The translations under genes were made by a program, and so were the position numbers. Positions 1-7,877 of a DNA stretch of 23,836 nt are shown here, in pieces. Positions within the stretch are counted from its first letter, which is position 1, and each line of letters begins with the position of its first letter. Below the pieces are notes generated by a model that made no database searches, was not told the DNA's origin, and was given only the letters and a program-made list of their open reading frames with translations. The stretch is from the NCBI GenBank assembly GCA_031411295.1, contig JANOAV010000115.1:1-23836 (forward strand). The letters are read 5' to 3'. The stretch comes from Verrucomicrobiales bacterium. Lineage in GTDB: Bacteria; Verrucomicrobiota; Verrucomicrobiia; Verrucomicrobiales; V1-33.

Positions 1-74
1 GGCTACCCCTCCCACAAACCAAAACAAAATCATTACTAAATACCCTACCTTGGTGTGGGGCCACACCCCCCCCC

Positions 75-118
75 CCACAACTCGCACCGCCCGGATCAGC
101 AATGGTCCGGGCGGTTTT
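75..118 (+). repeat. 44-bp direct repeat, copy 1 (identical copy at 986-1029)
   Basis: CCACAACTCGCACCGCCCGGATCAGCAATGGTCCGGGCGGTTTT occurs at both 75-118 and 986-1029. Confidence 0.95.
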
Positions 119-120
119 TT
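86..120 (+). terminator. Rho-independent terminator
   Basis: 13-bp stem ACCGCCCGGATCA/TGGTCCGGGCGGT (one G-U pair), GCAA tetraloop, then a T6 run. CCACAAC/GTTGTGG can extend the stem. Confidence 0.85.
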
Positions 121-177
121 GTTGTGGCGGGCTAAATAAAGGAGATTGCAAATCCCGAACTCTGGAATACAACTCAT

Positions 178-470
178 ATGAATAACCCGCTACTTACACT
201 TACACGCCCGCAACCCAAGCCATCGTTCTACCCAAAAGCGTCCTCGCGGCAGCGCAGAAAGTTCCTAATTTCCAACAGAAATTGGAACAATTTGCCCGCA
301 CCGAAATTGCGTTGCATGAATTTCGGCAGGAGCGATACCGACCGGAGGCATTGAGCATCCTAGCCAAAGCCAAGCAGAAAGTGTCAGGGAAAAAGCTCCT
401 AGAAGAGGACCGTGTCAGCTCGGTGAAAGATTTCTTGAAAAACTACCAAGCCATGATGGCTGGCTTATAG
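178..470 (+). pseudogene. Small helical protein, probable antitoxin partner of the PIN gene; apparent frameshift near the start
   Basis: The frame of ORF 282-470 is open from 186 (PATYTYTPATQAIVLPKSVLAAAQKVPNFQQKLEQFAR...). The ATG at 178 (M-N-N) joins it if one C is added to CCC at 186-188. The gene ends 8 nt before the PIN fragment. The antitoxin role is inferred from position only. Confidence 0.45.
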
Positions 471-478
471 TTTGAGTC

Positions 479-751
479 ATGCTACGGGCTGAGCAAGTGC
501 AGGTTAGTTGGTTCCACTTTCGACACTACCCTGTTGATCCAGATGATGTGGCTTTCGTGCTTGCAGCCATCAATGGTAAGGCCACACATTTGGTGACGAG
601 AGACAAGCACCTTACGGATGTCGCCCACTTCTACCATGAATTTTCAACCTGTGGGGCGAAGGAATTTCTGCTAAAGATTGCACAAGCAAAAACGGGAAGC
701 ACCCGAGGAGAACCGGGAGACACCAAATATTCGATCGTCCCTGAGAGCTAA
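479..751 (+). pseudogene. PIN-domain (VapC/PIN_3-like) toxin, C-terminal half only
   Basis: DPDDVAFVLAAINGKATHLVTRDKHL matches the C-terminal PIN_3 motif (RDPDDxxFLxxAxxGxADxIVTxDxDL). The N-terminal VxDTN strand is absent and there is an in-frame TGA at 473. Confidence 0.7.
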
Positions 752-875
752 CGCCGGAGTCGAAGGCGCTCTGATCGTCGGGAAAATCAATAACAGCAAC
801 GGCAACGACGGCTGCACCGCCGCCTCCATCAGCGGCCACAGCTACGACCACGGAGACATGGGCGGCATGATGTAA
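741..875 (+). pseudogene. groEL: Remnant of the groEL (chaperonin 60) 3' end with internal deletions
   Basis: Translates LRANAGVEGALIVGKINNSNGNDG-CT-AASISG-HSYDHGDMGGMM*. This joins GroEL segments 'NAGxEGxxIVxK...GNxG', 'NAASxSG' and the Gly/Met-rich tail, with the intervening residues missing. Confidence 0.8.
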
Positions 876-985
876 CGTGGCGGGGGCATTCTGCCCCCAA
901 GCCCACACGCATCAGCAGCACCAAAGCCGTTCGTTTATCAAAGAGCACGTCTCAAGCTCCTAGGCCAATTGGCTGCAAGCCCGCG

Positions 986-1029
986 CCACAACTCGCACCG
1001 CCCGGATCAGCAATGGTCCGGGCGGTTTT
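986..1029 (+). terminator. Terminator hairpin; copy 2 of the 44-bp repeat, between the groEL remnant and convergent metG
   Basis: Same stem-loop (997-1026) followed by T4. Confidence 0.8.
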
Positions 1030-1181
1030 GGTGGGAGCAAGGAAAATACTCCTAACTCAATTCTCAAATTTTCATTTCTCAAAATTCCTTGCAAGAATCC
1101 GGGAACGATTTGCTTTCGCACTTGGAAGGGCCTTCAATACCAAAGTCACTTTTTACGACTCAACACACGGATCATCACGCG

Positions 1182-2759
1182 CTACGCTGGCTTTACTTCC
1201 ACGCGCGGAAACAGTGGAACCCCTTCGCCCAAGCGGTGGCCGGGCTGGAGCAATCCCCACTGCAGATCCGCCAAGGTAAAACCAGCTGGGACCGTCCAGC
1301 CTAACTGCGTTTGGATTTTCTCTGCCGCATGAGGAATGACCGGAGCCACCATCACGGAGACGTGCAGGATGGCTTCTGTCAAATTCCGCAGGATGGCTGC
1401 CCGTTGGGGCTGTTGTTCGGCTTCCTTGAGTTTGAAGGGTTGGGTTTTCTCAATGTAGGTGTTGGCCAAATTCAGCACTTCCCAGGCTGCTGCGAGGGCT
1501 TTGTGGATTTGATAGGTGGCCAGCGCCTCTTTGGTTAATCCTGGCAGCGCGAGCACGCCCTGACGGAGTTCATCGGCCAGTTCGTCGTTGTAGGAGGTTT
1601 CTGGAATGACTCCGCCCAGATAATTGTTCGCCATTTTCAGGGTGCGGTTCAGCAGGTTCCCGAACGCGTTGGCGAGATCGTTATGATAGCGCATGATGAC
1701 GCGATCCTCGCTCATATCACTATCCGCTCCCGTGGCGATATCACTGAGTAAATAATACCGCAGACCATCCACGCCCACGACGTTGGCGATGTCGTTCGGG
1801 TTCACCACATTGCCCAGCGATTTGGACATTTTTTCTCCACGCACGTTCCACCAGCCATGGACCAGGATGCGGGGGATTTGGGTGTCAAGGAAGCCGAGGG
1901 CGTGCAGCATGATAAGCCAGTAAATGCCATGCGCTGGCACCAGAATGTCTTTACCGATGATGTGGGCATCACAGGGCCACAGCGTGTCGAAATCCGGCAG
2001 ACCTTCATTGCCCAGTTCCTTGGCTTTATAGCCCGCTCCGCTGATGTAATTGATGAGCGCATCGAACCAGACATAAGTCACATATTCGGCATCGAAAGGT
2101 AGTTCGATACCCCATGTTAGTCGGCTCTTCGGTCGGGAAATGCAGAGATCCTGCCCCTGGCCCATGGATTCTGCCACCGCATTTTTCAACATGCTCATCC
2201 GGGACTCCGGAAACACTGCTTGTGGATTGGCATCGAGAAATCTCACCAACCACTCCACGTGATCGCTGAGGCGAAAATAATAGTTTTCCTCCTCCCGTTC
2301 TTCCACCTGTCCCCACTCCTCGCCAAACTGGCCCGCTTCATTCCGATCCCGATCGCTCAGGAATTGTTCCTGGCGCACGGAATACATGCCCTTGGTGGAC
2401 CGCTTGTAGATCTGACCAGCATCGAACAACTGCTGGAGGCAGGACTGCACCACCCGCTTGTGGCGCGGATCCGTGGTGGCCACCCAGCCGTCGTAGCAAA
2501 CGCCCAGTCGCTGCCAGAGATCCGTGAATTGCTGGGTGATACCATCGACGAAGACCTCCGGCGTAAGCCCCTGTTTCTCCGCCGTCTGCTGCACCTTCTG
2601 ACCGTGCTGATCCACGCCACTGAGGAAGAACACAGGCGCTCCGAACAAGCGGTGATAGCGCGTCAGCGCATCGGCTAGGATTTTCTCGTAGGCATGGCCG
2701 ATGTGCGGAGCTCCGTTGGTGTAATCAATGGCGGTGGTGATGTAATAAGTCTTGGACAT
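1182..2759 (-). CDS. metG: Methionine--tRNA ligase (short form without the C-terminal tRNA-binding appendix)
   Basis: YITTAIDYTNGAPHIGH (HIGH), DQHGQK, ISRP...WGI, YVWFDAL, IGKDI and KMSKS motifs. Start chosen at MSKTYY (2759); the ORF extends to 2795. Confidence 0.97.
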   Translation of the reverse strand: MSKTYYITTAIDYTNGAPHIGHAYEKILADALTRYHRLFGAPVFFLSGVDQHGQKVQQTAEKQGLTPEVFVDGITQQFTDLWQRLGVCYDGWVATTDPRHKRVVQSCLQQLFDAGQIYKRSTKGMYSVRQEQFLSDRDRNEAGQFGEEWGQVEEREEENYYFRLSDHVEWLVRFLDANPQAVFPESRMSMLKNAVAESMGQGQDLCISRPKSRLTWGIELPFDAEYVTYVWFDALINYISGAGYKAKELGNEGLPDFDTLWPCDAHIIGKDILVPAHGIYWLIMLHALGFLDTQIPRILVHGWWNVRGEKMSKSLGNVVNPNDIANVVGVDGLRYYLLSDIATGADSDMSEDRVIMRYHNDLANAFGNLLNRTLKMANNYLGGVIPETSYNDELADELRQGVLALPGLTKEALATYQIHKALAAAWEVLNLANTYIEKTQPFKLKEAEQQPQRAAILRNLTEAILHVSVMVAPVIPHAAEKIQTQLGWTVPAGFTLADLQWGLLQPGHRLGEGVPLFPRVEVKPA

Positions 2760-2835
2760 AGTGTTGCTGCCCGCACCATGCAGATGATTCCCCAAAGGGC
2801 AAACGCTTGGCGCACCTGCCAGAAAAATGTCGCTC

Positions 2836-4107
2836 CTACAGATTGCCGATCGCGTAGAGACCTTTTTCCGTGCGGATAAAGATCGTGCCGTCGGTCACCG
2901 CATAGGAGGCCAGCGTCCGCTCCCCTTGCAGCTTATTTTCTGCGAGCACTTTAAACTGCTGCTTGGCTTCAATGATGGTGCAGAGGCCGCTCTCGTCTTG
3001 CAGATAAATTTTGCCGTCCGCCAAAATCGGAGAGGCGCTGAAACTCTTGCCAACGCGTTCGTTCCAATAGGGTTCCCCGGTGAGGGCGTTGACGCAACTC
3101 GCCAGTCCACCATCATTGACCCAGAAAAGGTTCTCCCCATCCAGAATCATAGACGGCGTGCACGGTGGACGCTTGTTGGGGCCCACCTGCCATTTGACCT
3201 TGGTGGCCGTGACATCGCCTTTACCCGTGGGATCAATGGCGAGCACGTCCGGGGTATCGAAACTGGAACAAACATAGACCAAGCCGTTCCCATAGACCGG
3301 CTTGGGAACCACCGAGTATCCTTCGTAGGTGCAACGCCAGATTTCAGCCCCCGTGGCTGGATCCAGTGCGTTGACCATATCCGCTCCGGGACTGATAACC
3401 TGCTTTTTCCAATTCACCGTAATGACGGCTGGGGTGGCAAAGGAGAATTTCTTCTGGGCCTGAGTCGGGCGTTTGAACTTCCACGCCACCGAACCGTCCT
3501 TCAACCGCAGGGCCGCCACGTAGTTCTCTCCCCGGCCATCACAGGTGAAGATCAGATGGTTATCCACGATGACCGGCGTGCTGCCTGCTCCGTGCTGTGG
3601 TTGATAGGACAACTGCCGGTTCTCCCACACCCGCTTGCCGGTGAGGTCCAGACAGGCGGTGCCTTGATGGCCGAAGTGCACGTAGATCTTCCCTTCGTGG
3701 ACGATCGGGGTGGGACTGGCGTGACTGTTCTTATGGTGAATGCTATCGGGAGCCTTGGCCCCGTCCTGCTTGAAGACTTCCACGTCCCAGAGCGTCTTGC
3801 CCGTGGCTGCATCCAGGCAGAGCGTGTGCAAGGTTTTGTCCGCCTTGGGATCGTCTTCCTTACCACTGGGGGTGATGGCGGCGGTTAGGTAAAGTTTCCC
3901 CGCCACCAGCACCGGAGACGACCACCCCTTGCCGGGAAGCTCCACATGCCAGCGCACGTTCTCCTGCTCCGACCACTTGGTCGGCAAGTTCTTCACATCC
4001 GTATGCCCATCCCCGGCGGGCCCACGAAACTCCGGCCAATCCTGAGCACTAAGCAATGGGGTAGCCAGGAGACTGGTTAGCAGAACGAGCGACGATGGGT
4101 GATGCAT
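2836..4107 (-). CDS. Secreted PQQ-like/BamB-like beta-propeller repeat protein (PVC-expanded family)
   Basis: Signal peptide, then DWPEFRGP, WSSPV, repeated 'LDxxTGxxxW' blades, ASPTP, FSASP and a C-terminal 'IFIRTxxxLYAIG'. Confidence 0.9.
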   Translation of the reverse strand: MHHPSSLVLLTSLLATPLLSAQDWPEFRGPAGDGHTDVKNLPTKWSEQENVRWHVELPGKGWSSPVLVAGKLYLTAAITPSGKEDDPKADKTLHTLCLDAATGKTLWDVEVFKQDGAKAPDSIHHKNSHASPTPIVHEGKIYVHFGHQGTACLDLTGKRVWENRQLSYQPQHGAGSTPVIVDNHLIFTCDGRGENYVAALRLKDGSVAWKFKRPTQAQKKFSFATPAVITVNWKKQVISPGADMVNALDPATGAEIWRCTYEGYSVVPKPVYGNGLVYVCSSFDTPDVLAIDPTGKGDVTATKVKWQVGPNKRPPCTPSMILDGENLFWVNDGGLASCVNALTGEPYWNERVGKSFSASPILADGKIYLQDESGLCTIIEAKQQFKVLAENKLQGERTLASYAVTDGTIFIRTEKGLYAIGNL

Positions 4108-4143
4108 GATGGAAAATGGTTGGCGGATTAGACCCGAGACAAT

Positions 4144-4890
4144 TTATTTAGCCGCCGCCAGGAGTTCGTCCACATGGCTCCAATTCACGACGTTCCACCA
4201 GGCGGTGATATAATCCGCGCGTTTGCTTTGAAACTTCAGATAGTAGGCGTGCTCCCAAACGTCAATGCCCAGCAGTGGCGCGCCTTGCTCGGCTTCCGGC
4301 ACAATGCCTTTCATCAGCGGGCTGTCTTGATTGGCGGTGGAGGTGATGGCCAGACTGCCATCGGGTTTGGCAATCAACCAAGCCCAACCCGAACCGAATC
4401 GTTTCATGCCGGCATCGGCAAATTTGGTTTGGAATTCCTTGAAGGAGCCGAAAGCTTTCGTGATGGCTGGACCAATTTTCCCACTGGGATCGCCCCCGAC
4501 TCCGGCCGTGCCCGCCTTGCCCATGAGGGACCAGAACAGGGTGTGATTGAAATGTCCACCACCATGATTGCGCGCGGCCATTTGGACTTTCTCAGGGACC
4601 TTGGAGAGATCGGAAATCAAGACCTTGGGATCGTCAGAGATCCCGGTTAGGCCGACCACCGCTTCGTTCAGCTTGGCGACATAAGCCGCATGGTGCTTGT
4701 CATGATGGATTTCCATGGTCTTGGCGTCCAAGTGCGGCTCCAGCGCGCCAAAGTCGTAAGGCAACGGACCTAATTTAAACGGACCGGTGGGCGGGGCATC
4801 AGCGGCCGAACTCAGGACGGTGCTGGCGGCAACCCCAGCAGATGTCAGGATGAAGGAACGACGGGAAACGACAGAAAGAGAAGTGTTCAT
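4144..4890 (-). CDS. sodA: Superoxide dismutase, Fe/Mn family (Mn-type signature), with Tat signal peptide
   Basis: LPY...LEPH, HHDKHH, NHGGGHFNH, FGSGWAWL, NQD and DVWEHAYY motifs. N-terminal SRRSFI twin-arginine motif plus a hydrophobic segment. Confidence 0.95.
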   Translation of the reverse strand: MNTSLSVVSRRSFILTSAGVAASTVLSSAADAPPTGPFKLGPLPYDFGALEPHLDAKTMEIHHDKHHAAYVAKLNEAVVGLTGISDDPKVLISDLSKVPEKVQMAARNHGGGHFNHTLFWSLMGKAGTAGVGGDPSGKIGPAITKAFGSFKEFQTKFADAGMKRFGSGWAWLIAKPDGSLAITSTANQDSPLMKGIVPEAEQGAPLLGIDVWEHAYYLKFQSKRADYITAWWNVVNWSHVDELLAAAK

Positions 4891-4899
4891 AATAAGCGC

Positions 4900-4927
4900 A
4901 GCTTAGAAATGGGACTCGGGGAGTCGA
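4900..4927 (-). promoter_or_regulatory. Possible sigma70-type promoter of sodA
   Basis: On the minus strand, TCGACT-N16-TAAGCT ending 9 nt before the ATG. Weak consensus match. Confidence 0.3.
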
Positions 4928-5010
4928 GAGCAAAATTGCGTAAGGGATTTTCGGGCCACCACAGCTTAAAGCCTCGGTTTTTTGGCGGCGTTTTCTCAGA
5001 AACTTTCCGC

Positions 5011-5024
5011 CAGAAATATTTCTG
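5011..5024. promoter_or_regulatory. Perfect 14-bp palindrome (candidate operator) between divergent sodA and PEP-CTERM genes
   Basis: CAGAAATATTTCTG is self-complementary. A related TTTCTCAGAAA dyad lies at 4992-5002. Confidence 0.35.
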
Positions 5025-5107
5025 AATGGATTGCGGACACGGATGCCCTGTGACCGCCCACCCTTAACCATTCTCACCATTCCAGCTCCCTGCGTCTTTA
5101 CCTTCCC

Positions 5108-5743
5108 TTGGCTTGTTCCTGTCTCCTGCTTTCCTCCCCCAGCGTTGCGGCCATTGTGGTCATCGATAATCTGGGGGTTGGCACCCAGGGATTTGCGGCT
5201 TCTTTATCCGGGCCCGTGGCGACGGATTTTTTTGGGGATCCCTACGATAACCGGGAGGTGGCCTTTAGTTTCACCTCGGGGCCGGCGTTGGTGGCGTTGA
5301 GTGAATTGGCGTTTGTGTCCAACTTGGCGGGCTCACCCTCACTGAATTCCATTCAGGCGACCCTCAGCACCGGGACCGTGGCTCCCGGGGGACAAGATTT
5401 AATTGCGCTGGGACTGACGACACCAACCTCCAATACCCCGGCCACCCAATTGCTAACCATCACTCCATCCAGCCCGGTGCCCCTGACGCCCAACACCACT
5501 TACTGGATCCATTTTACCGTTCCCGCAGGAGATGCCGTTTACACGATTAACAATTCCAACGCTCCGGTCATCGCCTCCGGTTGGTCGTTGGACAACACGT
5601 GGTATTACGCCCCGGGAGATGTCTGGACAGAAGTTAGCAGCGGTCCCCAGGCGCGCATGCGACTCTCGGTAATCCCGGTTCCAGAACCAACAACTACGTC
5701 GCTGGCAGTGGTTGCGCTGGCGCTGATCCGGCGGCGGCGGTAG
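5108..5743 (+). CDS. PEP-CTERM (exosortase-sorted) surface protein; start uncertain
   Basis: C-terminus VPEPTTTSLAVVALALIRRRR is PEP + TM helix + Arg cluster. Signal-peptide-like N-terminus and beta-rich body. The frame is open from 5054 with no ATG before the TTG at 5108. Confidence 0.88.
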   Translation: MACSCLLLSSPSVAAIVVIDNLGVGTQGFAASLSGPVATDFFGDPYDNREVAFSFTSGPALVALSELAFVSNLAGSPSLNSIQATLSTGTVAPGGQDLIALGLTTPTSNTPATQLLTITPSSPVPLTPNTTYWIHFTVPAGDAVYTINNSNAPVIASGWSLDNTWYYAPGDVWTEVSSGPQARMRLSVIPVPEPTTTSLAVVALALIRRRR

Positions 5744-5841
5744 TGGGGTCCCAAGGGCTCCAAGTAGAGGATGAAACCCGAGCCGGGAGGGACTCCAGAT
5801 CGGGGCGTTGGTCCCTCGTGATGACTCATTACCATCGCCTC

Positions 5842-5869
5842 TTGCAATCCAAGTCGGCAGAACTAGAAT
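5842..5869 (+). promoter_or_regulatory. Sigma70-type promoter for pgm-lnt
   Basis: TTGCAA-N16-TAGAAT, 34 nt upstream of the ATG at 5904. Confidence 0.6.
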
Positions 5870-5903
5870 GCGCGCCATTCATTGCCCCTAAAAATTAACC
5901 TGT

Positions 5904-7871
5904 ATGACTCTGGAACAACTCACTCCCCTGCTCTCTGCCGCTGTGGCGGAAAATAAACTGCTGCCTGCCAGTCGCGACAATTTGTTGGAACTACTGGGTG
6001 GATCTTCCACGCCAATGTATCTTCAGAGCGTGGGCGAACTCGTCACGGCGGGCGAGTGGGATGAGGTCAACGATCGCTTCTTTAAGAAACTCAGCTTCGG
6101 CACCAGCGGTCTGCGGGGACGCACGATTGGCAAAATTATCACCAGAGTGGAACAAGGTAACGGCGGGCCGAACGGCCGTCCGGAATTCCCCTGCGTCGGC
6201 ACGAACAACCTGAACTTTTATAATCTCAGTCGCGCCACCCGAGGCTTGGCGACTTATGTGAATAAGTTCCTGGCGCAAACGAACGTCACCCGCCGGGGCC
6301 GCATCGTCATCTGTCATGACACGCGTCATTTCTCGCTCGATTTCGCGAAGTTTGCCGCCGCCATCTGCAATGACTTGGGCGTGGACGCCTTCCTCTTCGA
6401 CAGCCATCGCGCCACGCCTGAACTCAGTTACGCCGTGCGTCAACTCAACGCAGACGCTGGGGTCATGCTCACTGCGAGCCACAACCCAGCGCACGACAAC
6501 GGCTTCAAAGTCTATTTCAACGATGGCTCCTCCATCATTGATCCGCATGCCCCGGGCATTCTCGCAGAGGTTAACTCCATTACATCCGAAGCCTACGACA
6601 AAGTAGCGGCCGACGCCTGTGGGACCATCACGATGCTGGGGGCTGACATTGATGAATCCTACGTCACCCGATTAAAATCCCTCCTGATGGATCCTTCCAT
6701 TCTGGAAAAAGGTCGTGCGCTGAAAGTGGTCTATACCGCCATTCACGGCTGCGGCGGGGTGCTGGCTCCGCGTATTCTGCGGGAGTTAGGATTCAACGTC
6801 CTCACCGTGCCGGAACAGGACATCCCCGACGGCCGATTCCCCACCGTGGCTTCCCCGAATCCGGAAAATGCCGCTGCTCTGAAAATGGGGATGGATTTGG
6901 CGGAAAAGGAAGGCGCGGACATCGTCATCGGCACCGACCCGGACTGCGATCGCATGGGCGTGGTGGTGCGGAATCAGAGCGGGAAGCTAACGTTGATCAC
7001 AGGTAACCAAATCGGATCCCTGATGGCGTGGTATCGGATCAAACAATTCGTGGACCAAGGCATCATCAACGACGGCAACAAAGCCCATGCCGGCCTGATC
7101 AAAACCTACGTCACCACGGATCTCCAAGCCGCCATTTGCCAAAAATATGGCATCCATTACGTGGACACCCTAACTGGTTTCAAATATGTGGGAGCCAAGC
7201 TTGGCAAATACGAACACCTGCTGCCCGCTGACATCCAGGCCAAGTATCGCACCATGACCGACACGGAGACACGCGACGCGCATTTGCAGCACGGTCGCTT
7301 CTTCGTCTTTGGCGGAGAGGAAAGCTATGGGTATCTGGGCTCCGACTTCATTCGCGATAAAGACGGCAATGGAGCGGTGCTGATGTTTGCGGAACTGGCG
7401 GCCTATGCCAAGAGTCGGAACCTCACCATCGTGGATCTGCTGGATGAAGTGTATTGCCAATTCGGCTATTTTCAGGAGGAAAGCTACAGTAAAGCCTTCG
7501 AAGGAGCTGCCGGAGCTGCCGCCATGGGCAGACTCATGGCCTCCTACAACAACGAGCCCCCGACTTCCCTAGCCGGATTAAAGGTGGTGAAAACAACCGA
7601 CTTTGGCAAGGATACGGTCATCGACCTCGAAGGCGATGAAGTGCCGAAGGAAAACATGTTGTTCTTCGATCTCGCGGACGGCAGCCGTTTCGCAGTGCGT
7701 CCGTCCGGCACCGAACCCAAGATCAAATACTACTTCTTCGGCCGCAAGGTGCCTGCCGCCGGCTCCGTGCTTTCCGCAGGCGAACTCCCAGCGATCAAGG
7801 CCTCCGTCAGCGAGAACCTCGCCAAACTCTGGGCGGATGTGCAGGCCGACATTGCCCGCCGGATTGCCTAA
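5904..7871 (+). CDS. pgm: Phosphoglucomutase/phosphomannomutase (alpha-D-phosphohexomutase)
   Basis: FGTSGLRG, catalytic TASHN, metal loop DPDCDR, sugar-binding GEES and RPSGTEPKIK motifs. Confidence 0.95.
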   Translation: MTLEQLTPLLSAAVAENKLLPASRDNLLELLGGSSTPMYLQSVGELVTAGEWDEVNDRFFKKLSFGTSGLRGRTIGKIITRVEQGNGGPNGRPEFPCVGTNNLNFYNLSRATRGLATYVNKFLAQTNVTRRGRIVICHDTRHFSLDFAKFAAAICNDLGVDAFLFDSHRATPELSYAVRQLNADAGVMLTASHNPAHDNGFKVYFNDGSSIIDPHAPGILAEVNSITSEAYDKVAADACGTITMLGADIDESYVTRLKSLLMDPSILEKGRALKVVYTAIHGCGGVLAPRILRELGFNVLTVPEQDIPDGRFPTVASPNPENAAALKMGMDLAEKEGADIVIGTDPDCDRMGVVVRNQSGKLTLITGNQIGSLMAWYRIKQFVDQGIINDGNKAHAGLIKTYVTTDLQAAICQKYGIHYVDTLTGFKYVGAKLGKYEHLLPADIQAKYRTMTDTETRDAHLQHGRFFVFGGEESYGYLGSDFIRDKDGNGAVLMFAELAAYAKSRNLTIVDLLDEVYCQFGYFQEESYSKAFEGAAGAAAMGRLMASYNNEPPTSLAGLKVVKTTDFGKDTVIDLEGDEVPKENMLFFDLADGSRFAVRPSGTEPKIKYYFFGRKVPAAGSVLSAGELPAIKASVSENLAKLWADVQADIARRIA

Positions 7872-7877
7872 CGTTTT

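Noticed and set aside
1..76. A/C-rich low-complexity start with a C11 tract as a phase-variation site
   Set aside because: Not in a gene or an evident promoter. It loosely resembles the sequence before repeat copy 2 and may be degraded or low-quality sequence.
678..875. 65-aa ORF as a real gene
   Set aside because: Its first third overlaps the PIN fragment out of frame and the rest is a deleted groEL remnant.
75..1029. 44-bp repeats as a CRISPR array
   Set aside because: Only two copies 911 bp apart, with terminator structure and no cas genes.
1013..1304. ORFs 1013-1279 and 1089-1304, and a weak TTGCAA promoter-like site at 1089
   Set aside because: They overlap the terminator or the metG 3' end in antisense, show no motifs, and the -10 match is poor.
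2827..3888. 353-aa plus-strand ORF
   Set aside because: Antisense shadow of the beta-propeller gene with no recognisable motifs. Such shadows are expected in GC-rich coding DNA.
5744..5840. GAGGGAC/GTCCCTC hairpin after the PEP-CTERM gene as an ncRNA or riboswitch
   Set aside because: Short stem, no U-tract and no recognisable riboswitch or tRNA motifs.
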